A stretch of 64,000 nucleotides of DNA from assembly GCA_028534125.1 (NCBI GenBank), contig CM052816.1:35466001-35530000 (forward strand), given 5' to 3'. Shown here piece by piece: positions 63,239-64,000 of the stretch. The stretch's first letter is position 1. Each line of letters starts with the position of its first letter. The DNA comes from Lama glama (lineage: Eukaryota). The notes below the pieces were generated by a model. The model saw only the letters and a list, made by a program, of their open reading frames with translations, made no database searches and was not told where the DNA came from. Both the position numbers and the translations under genes were made by a program.

Positions 63239-63750
63239 TGTGATGGCTACAAAGGAGCACCACTCAGACTCACCCCCACAAAGAACCTATAGTGAGCGGT
63301 ACTATTGATTGAAATGTCTCTGGATCCTCAAAAGTTTTACACTGAGGCCATATACCCTCTGGCTGTTCCCTTCCAATGGCTGAGCACAGCGGGGGTTCTA
63401 GAGAAGGGTTCCAAGCCTGATCCTCAAGAGGCTTTGCAGCTTCTGCTCTCAGAATTAATCTGTCAAAGCCACACGAAGAAGCCCAGGCACTCATTCTCCT
63501 GAGGATAAGAGACTGTGTGGAAAGAGTGGTTTTGTCAATAGCTGATACTAACTACCAGACCTGTGAGGACATCTTGAACCATACAGCTCCAGTCAAATTG
63601 CCAGATGACTTGCCACCACATGAATAATCCTAGGCAAGAGCTGCAGAAGAACCCCTTGTCTGAGTCCAACTCACATTTCTGAACGACAGAATCATGAGCA
63701 AGTCAAAATTTTGGAGCAGTATAATAAGCAGCAATAAATAACTGATACAC
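63239..63750 (+). mobile_element. MLT1G/H-like LTR
   Basis: cagctccagtcaaattgccagatgact...cagaagaacccc...acagaatcatgagc...agcagcaataaataactgataca. Confidence 0.6.
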
Positions 63751-64000
63751 ACCTAAATATGAGATGCAGGGTGGCTGAAGATTAAAAATAAATATACATG
63801 GCAAACACTAACAAGATGAAAGTTCAGCATTCTGTATTAATACCAAACAAGACAGAATTTACAACAAAGGCCATTATTAGTATTAAAGAGGGTCAATATA
63901 ATTCTAAACTGTGTACAACTATTAAAATGTTCTCAAAATACATAAAGCAGAAAAAGGGAAAAGACAGAGCTACAAGAAGAAATAGATAAATTCATAATCA
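63750..64000 (+). mobile_element. Old L1 ORF2 endonuclease fragment
   Basis: HGKH/ANTNK...VLIPNKTEFTTKAIISIKEGQY...SKYIKQK resembles the L1 endonuclease N-terminus. Confidence 0.65.

Overview
Mammalian, repeat-rich window, probably camelid: it has artiodactyl-type young L1 3' ends and I recognised no ruminant or pig SINEs. It holds two 500-N assembly gaps and no intact protein-coding gene that I can support. (1) A decayed, near full-length class I (gamma-like/ERV1) provirus lies on + at ~11163-18149: LTR, tRNA-Arg-type PBS, gag-pro-pol, env remnant, PPT, LTR. It is inserted into an MLT1 element. Its 5' LTR is CpG-depleted (3 CpG), while its 3' LTR is a CpG island (~27 CpG) with YY1 and NRF1-like motifs and no TATA box, suggesting an exapted promoter. 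(2) A class II (beta-like) solo LTR at 59498-60283 has a 6-bp TSD and contains a clear CTE-like (NXF1/TAP-binding) RNA-export hairpin; a local duplicate next to it preserves the empty insertion site. (3) About 12 splice-site-bounded, coding-like segments on the minus strand (~45.3-58.5 kb) look like a heavily decayed multi-exon pseudogene, possibly of a single-pass membrane protein that I cannot identify. (4) A GATA/CDX/HNF4-type motif cluster sits at ~41.6-41.8 kb. The rest is ordinary old MaLR/ERVL LTRs, L1, L2, MIR and hAT MER elements. Repeat family names come from recalled consensus sequences, not from a search, and their boundaries are approximate.
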